A stretch of DNA of 64,000 nucleotides. It comes from Raillietiella orientalis (lineage: Eukaryota). The DNA lies in NCBI GenBank assembly GCA_036172245.1, contig JAYWIR010000038.1:1302001-1366000 (forward strand). Direction: 5' to 3'. Positions 50,386 through 62,780 of the stretch are shown here, one piece after another. A program made the translations under genes and the position numbers. Numbering within the stretch: position 1 is the first letter of the stretch; each line of letters begins with the position of its first letter. The notes below the pieces were generated by a model. The model worked only from the letters and a program-made list of their open reading frames with translations. It searched no databases and was not told where the DNA came from.

Positions 50386-50405
50386 GCGCGCGCGCGCGCG
50401 CGCGC
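50386..50405. repeat. Perfect (GC)10 dinucleotide tract
   Basis: 20 bp of uninterrupted alternating G/C. Confidence 0.95.
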
Positions 50406-51199
50406 TGGGAGGGGTTTCGAGGCTGTTCCTCGCTCCCGCAGAACGGGAGGGACTCGGCGTTACTTGAAGAAGCTGCGGACGAGTGCAGGGAGCGGCAGCT
50501 CCATTGCCGCACAAAGAGGAGTTGACAGGATGAGTGAGCGCTGGCGTTCTGCAAGGCGAGAGTCCTGTTGGAGGGGATCTCCCCCGCGCAGCGAACGGCG
50601 AAAGCACGCGGGCTCCGAAGCAGCAGAATGAGAGGCGGCCCCAGCAGCCCGCAGCCCATGAATTAAAGGTGACGAGCAGGCGGAGGTAAATTTCAGACAG
50701 CATCCTCAGGAGAGCTTTGCTGGAACCGGAATCAGGGATCAAGATTACCGTGGCTTAGGGCAAGAAGGATTTCATCCCGCACCCCACCCCATTTTTCTTC
50801 GCCTCCGATCCATTGACGTCGTATTAATAACCATCAACAAAACACCTGAGTCCAGTGATAGGAACCGGCGATAAAGGAAACACATCTGTCGTTTGGGACA
50901 CTTTATCCGCAGCGACAGAGGGGACGCGACACTTTTTCCACCCACACGAAAAAGTGTTTGTTTGTTTTTCTTATGGGGGGAGGGGAAGGGGGAAGGCGCC
51001 CAGAAGGAAAAATCAGAAACTCCCTGATCTCGAGCTGCGGACCATTCGCACGGCATCCAGCCGCTCCAAGCCTGCCGCTGCTGCCTTGCGAGTGTTTCGC
51101 AGAAGCGAGGGAGGCCTCGGATTGCTCCCCAGAGCGGCTGGGCCAAATGCGCAGCAGCCATGGAGAGGGTCTAGCATCGGGTCGGATCGACCTCGATGC

Positions 51200-51570
51200 C
51201 GGCGGCGAGAGGGCTGGACAGGGTAAGCAGAAGGCCGAGGTCCAGCTAAATTCCATCGGCGTGTCAGAGTCCGTCGAGCGTTCCGGACTGAACGGGAACG
51301 GCGTTCCGATTCGGGACAGCTGCTCGTGGGGATTTTTCGCAGCAATCTCTTTTTCCCGATCCGTCCGCGTACCTCTAGCAGTCAGAGCGCAAAAGGCAAC
51401 TGAGGTCCTCAGGGACGCTGCCAAACCAGCTGGGCTTCTCGAGAGCATGTCTTCATCCTGGACGTGTTCTAGTGATTTCCGCGGATTCTTCAGCGTCCGT
51501 TAGCTGCCGCAGGCTGAAATGAAATCCCCGAGCTTTGGGGTGCTTTGGATGTCTGGAGACACGTGAAGGA
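51200..51570 (+). mobile_element. Possible I-group (Nimb/Ingi-like) LINE RT-thumb relic
   Basis: GLNGNGVPIRDSCSWGFF...LAVRAQKATEVLRDAAKPAG resembles LNGxxIPxxxxxKFLG...LxxKxxKAxNVLKxLA..WG. Confidence 0.3.
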
Positions 51571-54029
51571 AGGAGAGAAAAGAAAGGAAAAAAAAAAAAA
51601 CACCCCAGACATCACTCTTTGGAATGGATTGGCGGTATGCATGCGGTGCGCTAAGATGACAGTATTTCCAAATTGTGAGTCCTGGGACTCCGGGCGCTCC
51701 AAGCTATGAAATTGCCTACTCTTTACCGCACGAGCTTGGGTCCAAGGGAGAACTCAGCTACCACACTCTGTGGTCCCACAGCACCTCTGCACGAAAGTGA
51801 GGGGCAGCGAGAGCAATGCTGATTTGACACCCGGTTGCTCTGGGGTGTTTATTTACATAAAAAAGCTCACAAGTCGGTGGCAGGACGCTTGGTCCTGCCA
51901 AGTCACAAATATAACCATGGGACCTGACGAGAACCGAAGCACGGGCCAGCGAGGTTCGCCTCGGCAGCAGAGGGGCGAGGAGAGACAAACAAAAAAGAAA
52001 AATAAAACAAAAAAAATATATTCAAAAAATGGGGAGGATTCGGGAAAGGATCACTGTGTGCTGAACGGTGTCCTCTGCATCCTTGTAAGGACGCCGGCAA
52101 GTTCCTGTTTTACGATTCCCAGATGGGACCCATCTTGACGTTGTCCTCATGAAGAGAACCGCAAATAAATGACGTCCCTGTCCTGGTCTCCTCTGGCGTT
52201 GCTCCGTGCAGCCACGATCCCGAGTAGACAGCAAAGTGCTGCTAGGGGTGCGGCCGGCGTGAGGGCGCCGCGTGGGAAGAAGCTCTTCTCTGGGGTGGCC
52301 CTTGGGGTTCCGCAGGGACGCAGCGAAGCGTTCCCACAAACAACAGAGGACAACACAATCTACAATGAGGACGGGAGCGATGCTGGTTGGTAGGCACGAC
52401 CGGCAGAGTCGACAAGGGAGTTCCTCCCCTTTCCTCTTAGCCCGCGCGGGAACCTCAGTCTTCCAGTGCAGCGGAACGCAGATGCCCTTCCGTTCTTGAA
52501 TGTTCCCTTGCTGCAGTTGATGGATCGCCTTTCCCTTCGTCGTGTTCTCGGTCTCTCTGGACCAATTCCCCCTCCCCCTTTCATCTCGTCCTGAACCGTG
52601 GTCGCTCTCCACGCTCGCCTCCTTCTTCGAGCTGCTGCCATATGTCTTCGAGAGAGGTCTCTCTGCTTTCACTCGCGCACGATGCCATCTTTCATCCTGG
52701 AGACGAGAGCAGCAGCCTCATGCGAAGCGGCGATAAATCACGCCTGCCCCATCAGGAATCATTTAGTACTCCTGCCTCTTGGAGACACAGTTTCACGGTA
52801 GGCCGCTCTTCATGTCCTCCTCTCGACGTCGTAGTCGTGGTGGACGGCTGCTGCTGCGCGCTCGGAAGGGGCGCCTATCTCTCGCTCCCGGCAGTGACGC
52901 GTCTTCAAGCTCGATGGCCTCGCTCTTCCTAGGTCCAGCAGGAAAATTCGGTTCGTCCGAAGAAGAGCCCGTCTCCATCCTTCTCTCCTTGGTTTGCATT
53001 CCTTCAGCATCAGCAGCTTCACTTCTTCCCGCTCAACGCTTTGCTCTGGGTTTTTCTTTTTTTGCGGATCCGCGAGAGCGGTCGGAGCCGCCGGTTTTTC
53101 GCGGGCACGCCGAGGGGCAGGGACGAGCACGTGGCCCTGTCCGCGGCAGCTCGCAGCATCCCGGGGGCCAGCCACAGCTGCGGACGGCATCAGGGTGCGT
53201 TGCCTTCGGTTCCTCGACGGAACGCTCCTCCGTACTTGACGGGATCTGCTCACACGACGAAAGGGGGAGAGGTCGCAGCCGTTCCTTCCGGCCAAATGGA
53301 AAAGTTGCTCCAACCCCTCTGTGGCTGAAGACCACTGCTTCTAGGTGCCTGCCATCCAACGGCGCCGAGCAGCGCCGGAAGAGAAAGAGACCGATGTTCT
53401 CTTGACGAGTCTTCCTCCTCCTAGGCGAATCGACGTGGATGTGTTTTTTTCTTTCCGGAAAAGCAGATGCTTCCCAGGAGAACGTCCTCATTAGCTACCA
53501 GTTTACGCTTCACCGGAGACGGCACACGCACAGCAGATGGATGTCGCGGTGATGGCGGCGCTGCCCTCTCGCTGTCCAGGCCGAATCCCGGCAGTGGCAT
53601 CACTAGGTCACGTGACCTTCGGGACGTGTCGGAAGCTAAGGTGCTGCGGGTGCGACGCCGGTCCTGCAGATTTTTCTTTCGCAAGTGCGGAGCAGAGGAT
53701 GCGGACGCCACTGCCCGCGAGGGCAGCGGCAGATGCGCCCAGGCTCGCCGACAGCCTTCGCGACCATCTCTGCTGCTGGAGCCGCGCTGGGGGGCTTCCG
53801 ACATGGTGGGGAGGAGGAATGGGCTGGCGGCCACCGCGCATCCGAGGGGGAGGGCACGCGCACTCTGGAGCCGGCGGGAATCCATCCGCGCCGCGCTTTC
53901 CGGACCGCCCAAGTAGGTCTGGGAGAGCACCCCGCCTTGTCCCTGGAGCCCTTCCGGTCTCTTGAGAAAGATGCCGCAGCCCGGACGGAAGAAGGGGGTG
54001 GCCGTCATTCAGGTAAGGCGCTCACAGAC

Positions 54030-54170
54030 GTTCCCTTCCCGAGTGGGCGGTGGGGGGAACGTGGTCCAGACTGAGAGACGGCACGCAAGGGATCATCGAG
54101 GGAACCCTGTTTCCTCCTTTCCTTCCCGCCCCCTGCCGACGCGGAGCCTCGAAACCGCAGCCACCTCTCC
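54030..54170 (+). repeat. Dispersed ~145 bp repeat, copy 1 (pairs with 60526-60666)
   Basis: Shared tcccttcccgag, gggggaacgtggtccagac, catcgagggaaccc and ttccttcccgccccctgccgacgcggagcct. Confidence 0.9.
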
Positions 54171-57100
54171 TTCCGCTCACCCATCCATCCACTGACCTTC
54201 CCTTCCTCCCTGAGGAAGCCTCCAGCGGAGTTCGGGATCTTCATCTCGGCAGACGACCCGCTTCCCGTTTCGAGAATCCGTTTCGGGATCGTTGCTGGGA
54301 AACCGGGACTGCAGGAACCACGGTAGATTGGTTCCCAAGGAGGCTGGAGCTCTCGGGTCGTTCCCGCGAGGGAGATGATCCTTGCATCCCTGAGGGGCCG
54401 ACCGAGGGGGTAGGGGGGTAGAGTGGAAGGGGCACCGCGGGAACCCGCCTTTCGTCCTTTCGCGATCGTCCTTCTTCCCCCTTCCCTTCCCCCCCCTCCG
54501 CTGCCGCCCACCGCCGGGTTCCGCCGCCCGAGGATCCTCCCGACCGCCTCGCGGTAAATAATAATAATTCGGCCCCTCGCAGCGGGGTCATTGGAATCCC
54601 ACCCCTCCCCTCCTTACCCCCGTTCCCCCCGGACCCTATCGCCGCCACCGCCGCCTCGGAGGTCGATTTCACGGCGCGCGGTCATCCGGCAAGGCCCAGG
54701 GGCGGATAACGGAACCCTGTTTACGAGGCGTGACTTCTCGCGTTCGTCTCCGGCGGTTTCGGTAAACAAACGACCGCGGCGGCAATTATGCTAATAAGAG
54801 CCTGCGTGCTCCCGGAGCGCGACGGCGGCAGCCACCGCCAACGCGGGGCTGCGCCGCCGCAGCCCGGGCGCGCGCGCGAGCGGATCGGAGGAGGAGAAGG
54901 ATTCCCTCCGCTTCGGCGGGAAGGGTGCGCAGGGGTGTCGGGGAGGGGAGGAAGGGCCGGGAAGCGAAAACAAGCCCCGAGACGCAGCGCGCACGCGCTC
55001 ACAAAGGAAACCGCTGGCTGGGAGCGAGCGGGGACGCTCGGATGCGCGTAGCATGAGCCCCCTTCTCGGCGAGGAGGCGTCCCGAGAATCTCGGCACATC
55101 GCTGTCTGTCCAGGGAGGTGAGGAGGATCTCGCGGAGGGATTACTCCTCCAGTCCTTGGGAGGGAGGGGAGAGAAGGACATCTCACCGGGCGTTTCGCGA
55201 GTGGACGCACGTGACAGATGGAAGGGCCGAGAGCTCCTCTCGAAAGGGGTCCGAAAGGATAGCCCGCGGCGCCTTCGGGATTTCCCTCTGGGATGGGACC
55301 CTGCACGAGGAGGAGGATACGTTTTGGGGATACTTCCTGGAGTCCGAGGCAGGGTACGAGTGCCGCGGGGGGCACGGACTCGTGCGCACGCGATCGCCAG
55401 GCCCGTCGATTTCACTGAAGCTGCCCGAGCAAGGGACAGGGCATCCCGGGGCGACCCTGGTAGCTGCATCAAGGAGGAGGAGAAAATCCCGGTGAGCTGC
55501 GCCTGGTCGTCCCGGGAACGGCTTCTCGAGGAAGGCAAAACGAGGGGGAAGAGAGCAGCTTCACGCGGTCGCCACATCGACAGGCGGCACCTGCTGGCGG
55601 TCGCTCCTTCAGGAGTCGCAGCTCCCTGCTGAGAAGAGGGCGTTGCCTGACTGCAACGAAGGAGGGGAAAGGGGACCGCGGGAAGGGCAGGGGTCACAGT
55701 CAGGCCCCGCGCGCGGAGATTTTCGAATGGATGCGCGCAAAAGTCCTCGAAGATCCCCGGATTCAGAGGGCTTGTCGCCTCTCCGCATCCGCCCCGCCTG
55801 GTGGCGCACTCGAGCTGCTGTAACCTCCCCCCCTCCCTCTCTTCCCCGTCCTCGCACGCGCGCGCCCACCCAGAGCGAGGAACCGGCCGCGGCCCTCGAG
55901 GAAAGAGCCGGTCTCCGCGAAGCACGGATGCAGCCCCGATGTCTCCCTGGCAGCGGCGCCGACCGGTCTCTCCCGCCAGGAAGGAGGCACTCCCGGACCC
56001 GTTGGGTGCGCTCAGTGGAGCCACTCCGTTGCATTCCGCGACGGACCAGTCCGCGCGTCACCGGCAGCCTCGCTCTTGAAGACCTGGGAGTCACTCAGAG
56101 GAAGGAGAATTAAAAAAAACATGGTCTCCTCGGAGGCAAAGCACCTGGTGAGAGGGTAAAGGTCACAGTTCACCATTGATGCGCAGAAGGGCTTCGTGAG
56201 TGGCCGCGCGGTGTTGCCCAAGAAGGACGATGCACCTCGGGGGGGGTGCGCTCGACGATCCTAGAAAATACAAAAGCAAAAAAGGAAAAGAGGGGGTCGA
56301 TCCGCGATGGCGCCGCTGGAGCGCGTGGCTCACGGGGCAAACAATCGGTCGCCAGGCAGAGACTTCTAGGGGAGACGCCAGGCAACGATGGCGGCAGCAG
56401 GAGAAACGCGCGCGCGCCAGGAACTAAGCACCGTCCAGGAGCACCGGCTCCTTCGAGAGATTGTCAGACGCTCCTCGTTCGCGGATGCTCACGAATCCTG
56501 GAAAATCGATTCCCCCGATCGCAGAGCAGGGAAGGAAGATGATCCATCCCTTCCTTCCCGTCTCCAGGAGAGCCAAGCGTTTCTTCCTTCCGCTTTCCGG
56601 TGCCGCGCCCTCCTCCTCTCCGGACAACCTCCAGTTGGGCCTGCCGTTCCTCCAACCATAAATCACTCTTTGAAAGTCTCTTTGGTGGCTTCGCTTCCAG
56701 TGGTCTCTGCAGCGAAGCGCCGATCTGCTCGTTCGGCGTCTACTGCGATACCTCGCATGGAGCGAGTAGCCAAAAGGATTGGGAGATACGATCCGCTTGG
56801 AAGGGGAAGGAGAAGGGTTGTTTTTTCGAGGGCGACTCATGAGGGAACCAAGCGGACAAATGCCGAGGTCCCTGCGAAACCAGAACGCACGCGGAACGGG
56901 GAGCGTCGGAGGCGCCGGTCCCGCGCGCACGTCGAGGAAACGCGGCAGCGCGTAGGGTCCATGTTGCCCACGTGTTCGAGCGCAGGCGCGCGCGAAAAGC
57001 TCCGAAGCACCCACGTCGAGTGCGCGGCGCCGTAAAACAAAAAAAAAAAAGAAATAAAAAAAACGCCCTGCGTTCCTTCCACGCCTCTCCGGTGGATCGT

Positions 57101-57344
57101 TCGCAGGGAACTCCGGTGGCGGGGGGAAGGTTGAAAGCGCGGCGGCTTTCCGGTCCATCCCCGCCTCGACTGGCGAGGCGAAGAGCTCGGAGCGAACTTG
57201 CTCGGAAGTGTTCAGGAAGTGGTCGGGGCTGCATCGGACGGAGGTGCCACTCCATGCGCGAGGCAAAGGGAAGGGGGGAGGGCAGAACTTTCGATTTCAG
57301 CCTCGCGAACGGCGGGCTCTCTTGAATGGACCACCTGCCTTTCT

Positions 57345-58068
57345 CGGAGCGTTGGCGGCTGTCGTGAGGCGGCGGCCTTCGAGCGCAGCACCGAGCATCG
57401 CGGGTTCGAATCCCGGCCTGGGAGGCATCGCAACCGGAAGCGTCGCGGGATCCGAGCCCCCCTCTCCCATGGGATGACGCTGGCTGGCTCTGGGTGTGGC
57501 ACTGGTGAGAACCTCTGGACACCCCCGTCAACTGGCCGGGAGCAGTCAGGGTTTTCCCAGAGATCAAGGAGGCCTCTTCCCTCCGGGGTTTCCCTCCGGT
57601 GGCGAAGAGAGGGCCGTAGCATCGCGTATCATAGAGCTGGTTGACATTCCCCTCGAGGACGCTGCCTTTCCAGAGTGCCAAGAAGCGCGCTGCTCCCTTC
57701 AGGGAGCAGACCCTTCAGAGAAAATGGGAAGCGTCTTTCAGGGGTTCTCTTCAGAGGAGGAAAGAGGGAGAGGATCTTTTCCGGGGTATCCCTCCGAAGA
57801 GAACAGGGAAGAGGAGGTTCCCTCCGGAGCTTCCTATCAACCGTATGAGGAGCCTTCCTGGATTCGTAGGGTGGTCCTGAGGGGCTTCTTCGTAACTTGA
57901 AGGGTCACACGCACCCTTGGGTGGCGTGAGCGGTGTTGAAGAAGATCTTCGTGAGCCTCCCTGAGGAGGCAAGCAGTTCTTCAGCACCCCTTGAGGACCA
58001 AAATGAAAAAAAAAAGCCGGAAGAAAAGCAGCAAAAGCAGAGGAACCTTAAAGGATTTCCACCATCCT
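57345..58068 (+). mobile_element. SINE family A copy, full length
   Basis: Head gcgttggcggctgt, B-box GGTTCGAATCCC at ~57403, family body, 3' stem-loop 57932-57988, tail ending ggaaccttaaaggatttcccaccatcc. Confidence 0.9.
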
Positions 58069-58129
58069 GAGCTGCACCCCGAGTCCCCACCCCACGGACT
58101 TCTACGGAGCGGGAAGAGCTACTTAACAT

Positions 58130-58745
58130 CACTCCGGAGGAGATGAAGTGGCCCCCCAGCGTTCTGGGACAGTGGCACCCTCCCCCTCGAGTGGCGGGAG
58201 TTGGTGTTGCTGGTGGTTCATGAGGGAATCCTGTGCAAAGCGCGCCTTCGCCACTGGACAAAGGGAGGAGCGTGGACGCTCAGTGCGACAGGTGCGAAAA
58301 GAAGGAGACCTTCCCGCACCTGCTGCTGGACTGCTCTGCCATCCGACACCTTTGGGATCGCCTCGCGACGACCCTAGGAATCCCAGTGGGTGACCCCAGG
58401 GGCGCTTTCAGACGCCTCTTTGTGCGCAGTGCCGCAATGCCGACGGACGCGTTCCTCGCAGTTCCTTCCTCCTGTCTTTGCGGGATCATAGCGGCCTGGA
58501 ACGCGGGAAGACGAGACCAGAATGGCAGGGACACCATCCACTGGGTGAGGATCTTTTCGAAGACCGCCTCAAGATGGCTCCACCTGAGCGCTATCCGGAT
58601 TGAATTCGCCAGCATTCTGGACAGGATGCAGAGGACACCTGGCAAGCATACCGTGATCCTTTCCTCGGTTCCCCTCTCCTCTCCCCTTGCACGATTCCCC
58701 CTTCCCTGTTTTGTGTGTTTCCTTTTTTGTGTTTTTGTTTACCCT
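58130..58745 (+). mobile_element. 3' fragment of an L1/Tx1 ORF2 (CCHC zinc finger) plus T-rich 3' UTR
   Basis: ORF 58233..58892 contains CDRCEKKETFPHLLLDC..IRHLW, the CxxC..E[TS]xxHLxxxC...W motif of L1-clade ORF2 C-termini, followed by AAWNAGR. Confidence 0.8.
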
Positions 58746-58829
58746 CCCCCACGCTGCCGAAGTGGACCTCGCCAACCTGCGCACCGCTCTTCTGCAGACT
58801 CTTCATTGCTCGTGGTAGAACCAATGGTT

Positions 58830-59830
58830 CTACCGCACAACTTTAACGCGTGGCGGCAGGAGGCGTTGTCGTCCTGGAAGTGTCGCTTGTAGAACTTCGT
58901 GATGTACACCTTTTCCCATTGTGTCCGCTGGAAGATGTGTTGCAGGACCAGGACAAGTAGACTCGCCTGTCCGCCACGCCCCTCGCCGCATCGCTGTCTG
59001 CCCTCAGGACAAGCGATGACAGTTGCGTACCGCGAGGTGGAACGTCTCCTGAACGCTTGCTGGAGAAACAAGACCGTTGAGCGGCTGGAAGACGAGCGAG
59101 CTTCAGGTGCTGCCACTTCTCGTCATTGCTGAAAGGGGATGCGAGCTGCTTAGTGTGCTCCCCGAAGAACCTGTGGTTCCCCCCCTCGTGCGTGGACACA
59201 TCTGTGTTCCCCCTTCCATGGAAACAGAACGTGATTCTGCTGTTGCATTGGGGCTTCCATTGCAACCAGCACGCCCACCTGGTTTGAACTGCAGAAGGTG
59301 CGGAGCGGTGGAATCGCTTCCGCACTCGCTCTTCCACTACGGTGCCCTCCAAGGACTGTAGCAGAGGCTGCCTTCGGTGCTTCTGCACCGCTATCGACTC
59401 CATGAGCCGCTTTTTCACACATGGCGGTCTCTCGCTACGAGTCGGTCATCACAACGATCAGTTGCATTCGCGCCATCGCCATGGACCACCATGTGGTGCG
59501 ATTGAGAGCGATACCCAGAGAGGTTTCCTGGACTGTAGCCACCAGCATGAGGACGGCTGCCAAGTGGTTCCCAGCTCAGCGAAGAAGTGAGGAAGTAGCC
59601 CTCATTCAGCGCCGGTTCTGAAAAGAAGGAACGACCGAACCTAAAGACCCACCTGTCCCAACCCCCGTCCCTATAATTTTATTGTATTTCTCACATTTCT
59701 TCCTCCCATCCGTCCCGGACTTCCGGTGTGAGTGACCTGCGTGTCGGGTAGCCCTACCTCCCCTTGAACTTCTTATATCTTTGTCTGGAACTTTGTTCCC
59801 GTATGGCCTGTTCATTCTGAATAAACGTCC
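58830..59830 (+). mobile_element. Second, distinct L1/Tx1 3' fragment with 3' UTR and AATAAA
   Basis: GLPL...NCRRCGAVESLPHSLFHY in ORF 59077..59361 (CCHC with the last Cys as Tyr), a pyrimidine-rich UTR-like stretch at 59650-59820, and AATAAA at 59820-59825. Confidence 0.7.
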
Positions 59831-60525
59831 TGGCCAGCCGGGTAAGGCAACCAATGTGCTTTTATTACGTCATGTAATGAATATCTCGGCTTGACCGGGT
59901 GATGGCCATCCTGAGCTACCATCAAGGACACATGTTCGGAAAGAGGTGCTGTGGCTCCTCCATCTCGCGTCGCCGCCCTCTCGTCCTTTCTTCCCAGGAG
60001 TCTGCACCGGCTTCTGCTGCGCTACTTCCATCTCCCGACGAGGAAGGCAGAGGTGGGAAGGAAGAGCAGCAGCGCCTTCCTGATTCTTAAGAAGCTCCGT
60101 CGTCCGGCAGCAGCTCTCGGCGTGGCGGTCGCTCAGGTCGACTCAGCTCTTCAGCATATAGGCGCGTCCTCCAATCGGGAAGATTCCTGGCTTCGCTAGC
60201 ATCCGAGGGAAGAACGGGTCCCCCGGATAAGGGAAGGATAGAAACGCCTCCGCTCGGGGAGCGGCTCCGGGAACCTGCTCGAACCGCATTAGCCTGGGAG
60301 AGCGGCCCCACCATACCAGTGGACTGCGCTGAGATCTCCCAAGGGAACGGAGGTGCCGCAGTGCTCCCGAGATCTGGACCCATGTATCTCACCAGGTGTG
60401 AGCGCTAGTCCTCTTCCGGAATCCGCTCGAGAGAGAGTCCCGGGAATCCTCGTCACTGGCGCCCATCTGCCCTCTTGAGAGAGGCAGCAGCAGCAGCAGA
60501 TATACAGGCGAGGCAATCTCTGATG

Positions 60526-60666
60526 CTCCCTTCCCGAGAGGGCGGGGGTGGGGGAACGTGGTCCAGACCAAGAGGCGGCAACTCAAGGGACCATCGAGGG
60601 AACCCCGTTTCCTCCCTTCCTTCCCGCCCCCTGCCGACGCGGAGCCTTGGAAGACGTCGCCACCTC
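60526..60666 (+). repeat. Dispersed ~145 bp repeat, copy 2 (pairs with 54030-54170)
   Basis: See copy 1; both give the ORF text RDHRGNPVSS.PSRPLPTRSL. Confidence 0.9.
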
Positions 60667-62229
60667 AGCCAACCTGGAGCATCCCGCGCTCCGCATTTGT
60701 TTGCTTATTCATGTTAAACAAGTGTCTTCGAGAGGGGGGTCGGGAGCGGACGGGCCGCTCTTCGAGGGGAGCAGTGAGGAGCAGCAGGAAGGACAAACGA
60801 AAAAAAAAAAAAAAACGAAAAAAAAAAAGGAACGGCTCCCTTCTCCCTCCCCTTCCGCGGGGGGAAGGAACGAGCGAGGGACGAACCGGCTCCGGCGTGC
60901 GAGTCCGGTGCCTCTCCCTGCGTCTTCAGGGGCGCGTCGAAGGAAGGCGTGTCCGCGTCGTCGCGGGTGCGACGACGCACGAGGGAGCGGCTCGCATCGA
61001 GAGGTGCGGGGAGGGGGCGTGACCTGCCTGTCGGTCGCGTGCGTCCCTTCTGGCTCCGCTCTCGCGCGGGGCTCAAAAAAAATAAAAGGAAAGAAGGAGA
61101 AAAAAATAAAAGCGTCCGTCTGCGGGACCCCAGCGGGAACACCCTCGACCGAGTGCCTCCGACGCCGCCTGCCATTCCACGATGGAGGGGTATCGCCTCC
61201 CCTCCCTCCCCCACGCGTCTCGCTTCGCGCTAAGCTGCCGGCGACGTCGGCGTCCTTCAAGGTCGAGGGTTCCTCCTCCTCCGCTTCGGAAGTCGAAGGG
61301 CCAGAGGAAGGGAAGCCGGGCATCCCTTCCAGGGAGCCTTCCTGGAGACGAGGAGAGTGGGGAGCAAGAAGGGGGTGGGTGGGGGTGGCTTTTTTTTCCC
61401 CCCGCTTCCGCGTCTGGCTGAGGAGTCACTTGCAGCCGGCTCATCTCCCGTGCTTGTCCGTGGGCAAGAAGGGAAAGAGGTGCGGAAGGAGTGGGCCTGG
61501 GAAAGGAGGGGGTGCCCAGCAACGCCGGCGGGATGTGCCCTCTCTCCAAAGTTCCTTCCGCGGCAGGAGCCGGGCGCTGCTGCAGACTCAGAGCTTGGAC
61601 CTGGGCCTTCCATGATCGCGAAGAGCACTGGGTTCTTTGTCCTGGACCCTCCGGGGCTCCAGCAGCTGCGGTTCCTGGCCCTTGGGACGGAACATCATTC
61701 CTTCCTCCCGCCCCTCCATCCCCCTCCATCCCAGCAAGCCCGAGCTGCCTCCCTCCGCAGCCAAGCATGCCATCTAGAATCCTCCGCTGAAGTCGGCGGG
61801 GAGGCGAAGAGCCCCCCGCCGCCCCCTCCTCCCCTTGGTAGCCGCGCTTTTCCATCGAGGGCTCGCCTGCAACCCCTCCTGAAGGCTCAGACACTCCTCG
61901 GGTAAGAATCTCTCGCTCTCGCTACGGTTCTTCGCGCAGGGCTGAGCGCTCTCTTCCCTAACCCGAGCACGGGAACCGGTTGTCCCTCAGGGCGGCGAGG
62001 AGGGGGGAACGGACTGGTTTGTCCCCTCTTCCGAAAGACGCTCTCCGCTTCCAGCTCGGCTGCCCCCAGTTCGTCCTTCGGAGAGGGCGCTCCCCTGTCG
62101 GACCAGTCGACACCGGTTTTTCGCGCTGACTCGTCCGGTGGGCTGCAGAATTCCCCTCCTCCCACCTCCCCCTCACACCCACACACGGCCATCCCACGGT
62201 CGGACCCTGCTTGAACCGCCGGCCGATGG

Positions 62230-62780
62230 GGAAGGGGGATAATTCCAAAGGTTCTGCTCATCGCGGATGAGTTCCGCCCGCTGCTGATCACACCCTCCCC
62301 ACCATCACCCTTCCAGGATCGCCGCACCTGCTTTCGAGAGGCTGGCAGACTACCTCCGGGGCCACAGGCTGGAAGTCGCGTTCGGGAAGGCGACGGTCGC
62401 AGACCGGGGAACGCGCGGGAGGCGCGACACCCTCCCCCCTTCACGCACGCGCAGGGCAAGTCACGCGCGGCGACCATCTCGATCTCCTGTGAGTCTCCTG
62501 CGTCTCGCGAGAAGGCTGTTGCCCCGAGTCTTGGAGACATCATTCACCAGCAGCAGATTTATTGCCCGGAGATGCCGGCGGACAATTGTCTTCGGTGTAC
62601 TTCTGTGCACGACATTCGATCCCTAATTGATGTCCTCCTCGCTGACTCCGAGAGTCTCGAGGGAGAGAGATGGAATGCATCTTGATCCGCCCCCTGGATG
62701 TATCAATTTCGAAAGGCGGCCGAGCCTCATTGTAGCCAAGGAGACGATCGCGTCGAAAAAGCTGCTTTCCGGCTTCTGAC
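62230..62780 (-). mobile_element. Possible RT relic of an old LINE
   Basis: FEIDTSRG (~FxDxxKA) and LETLGVSEEDIN (~LxxxGVxxxxI) occur in order; weak. Confidence 0.25.
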
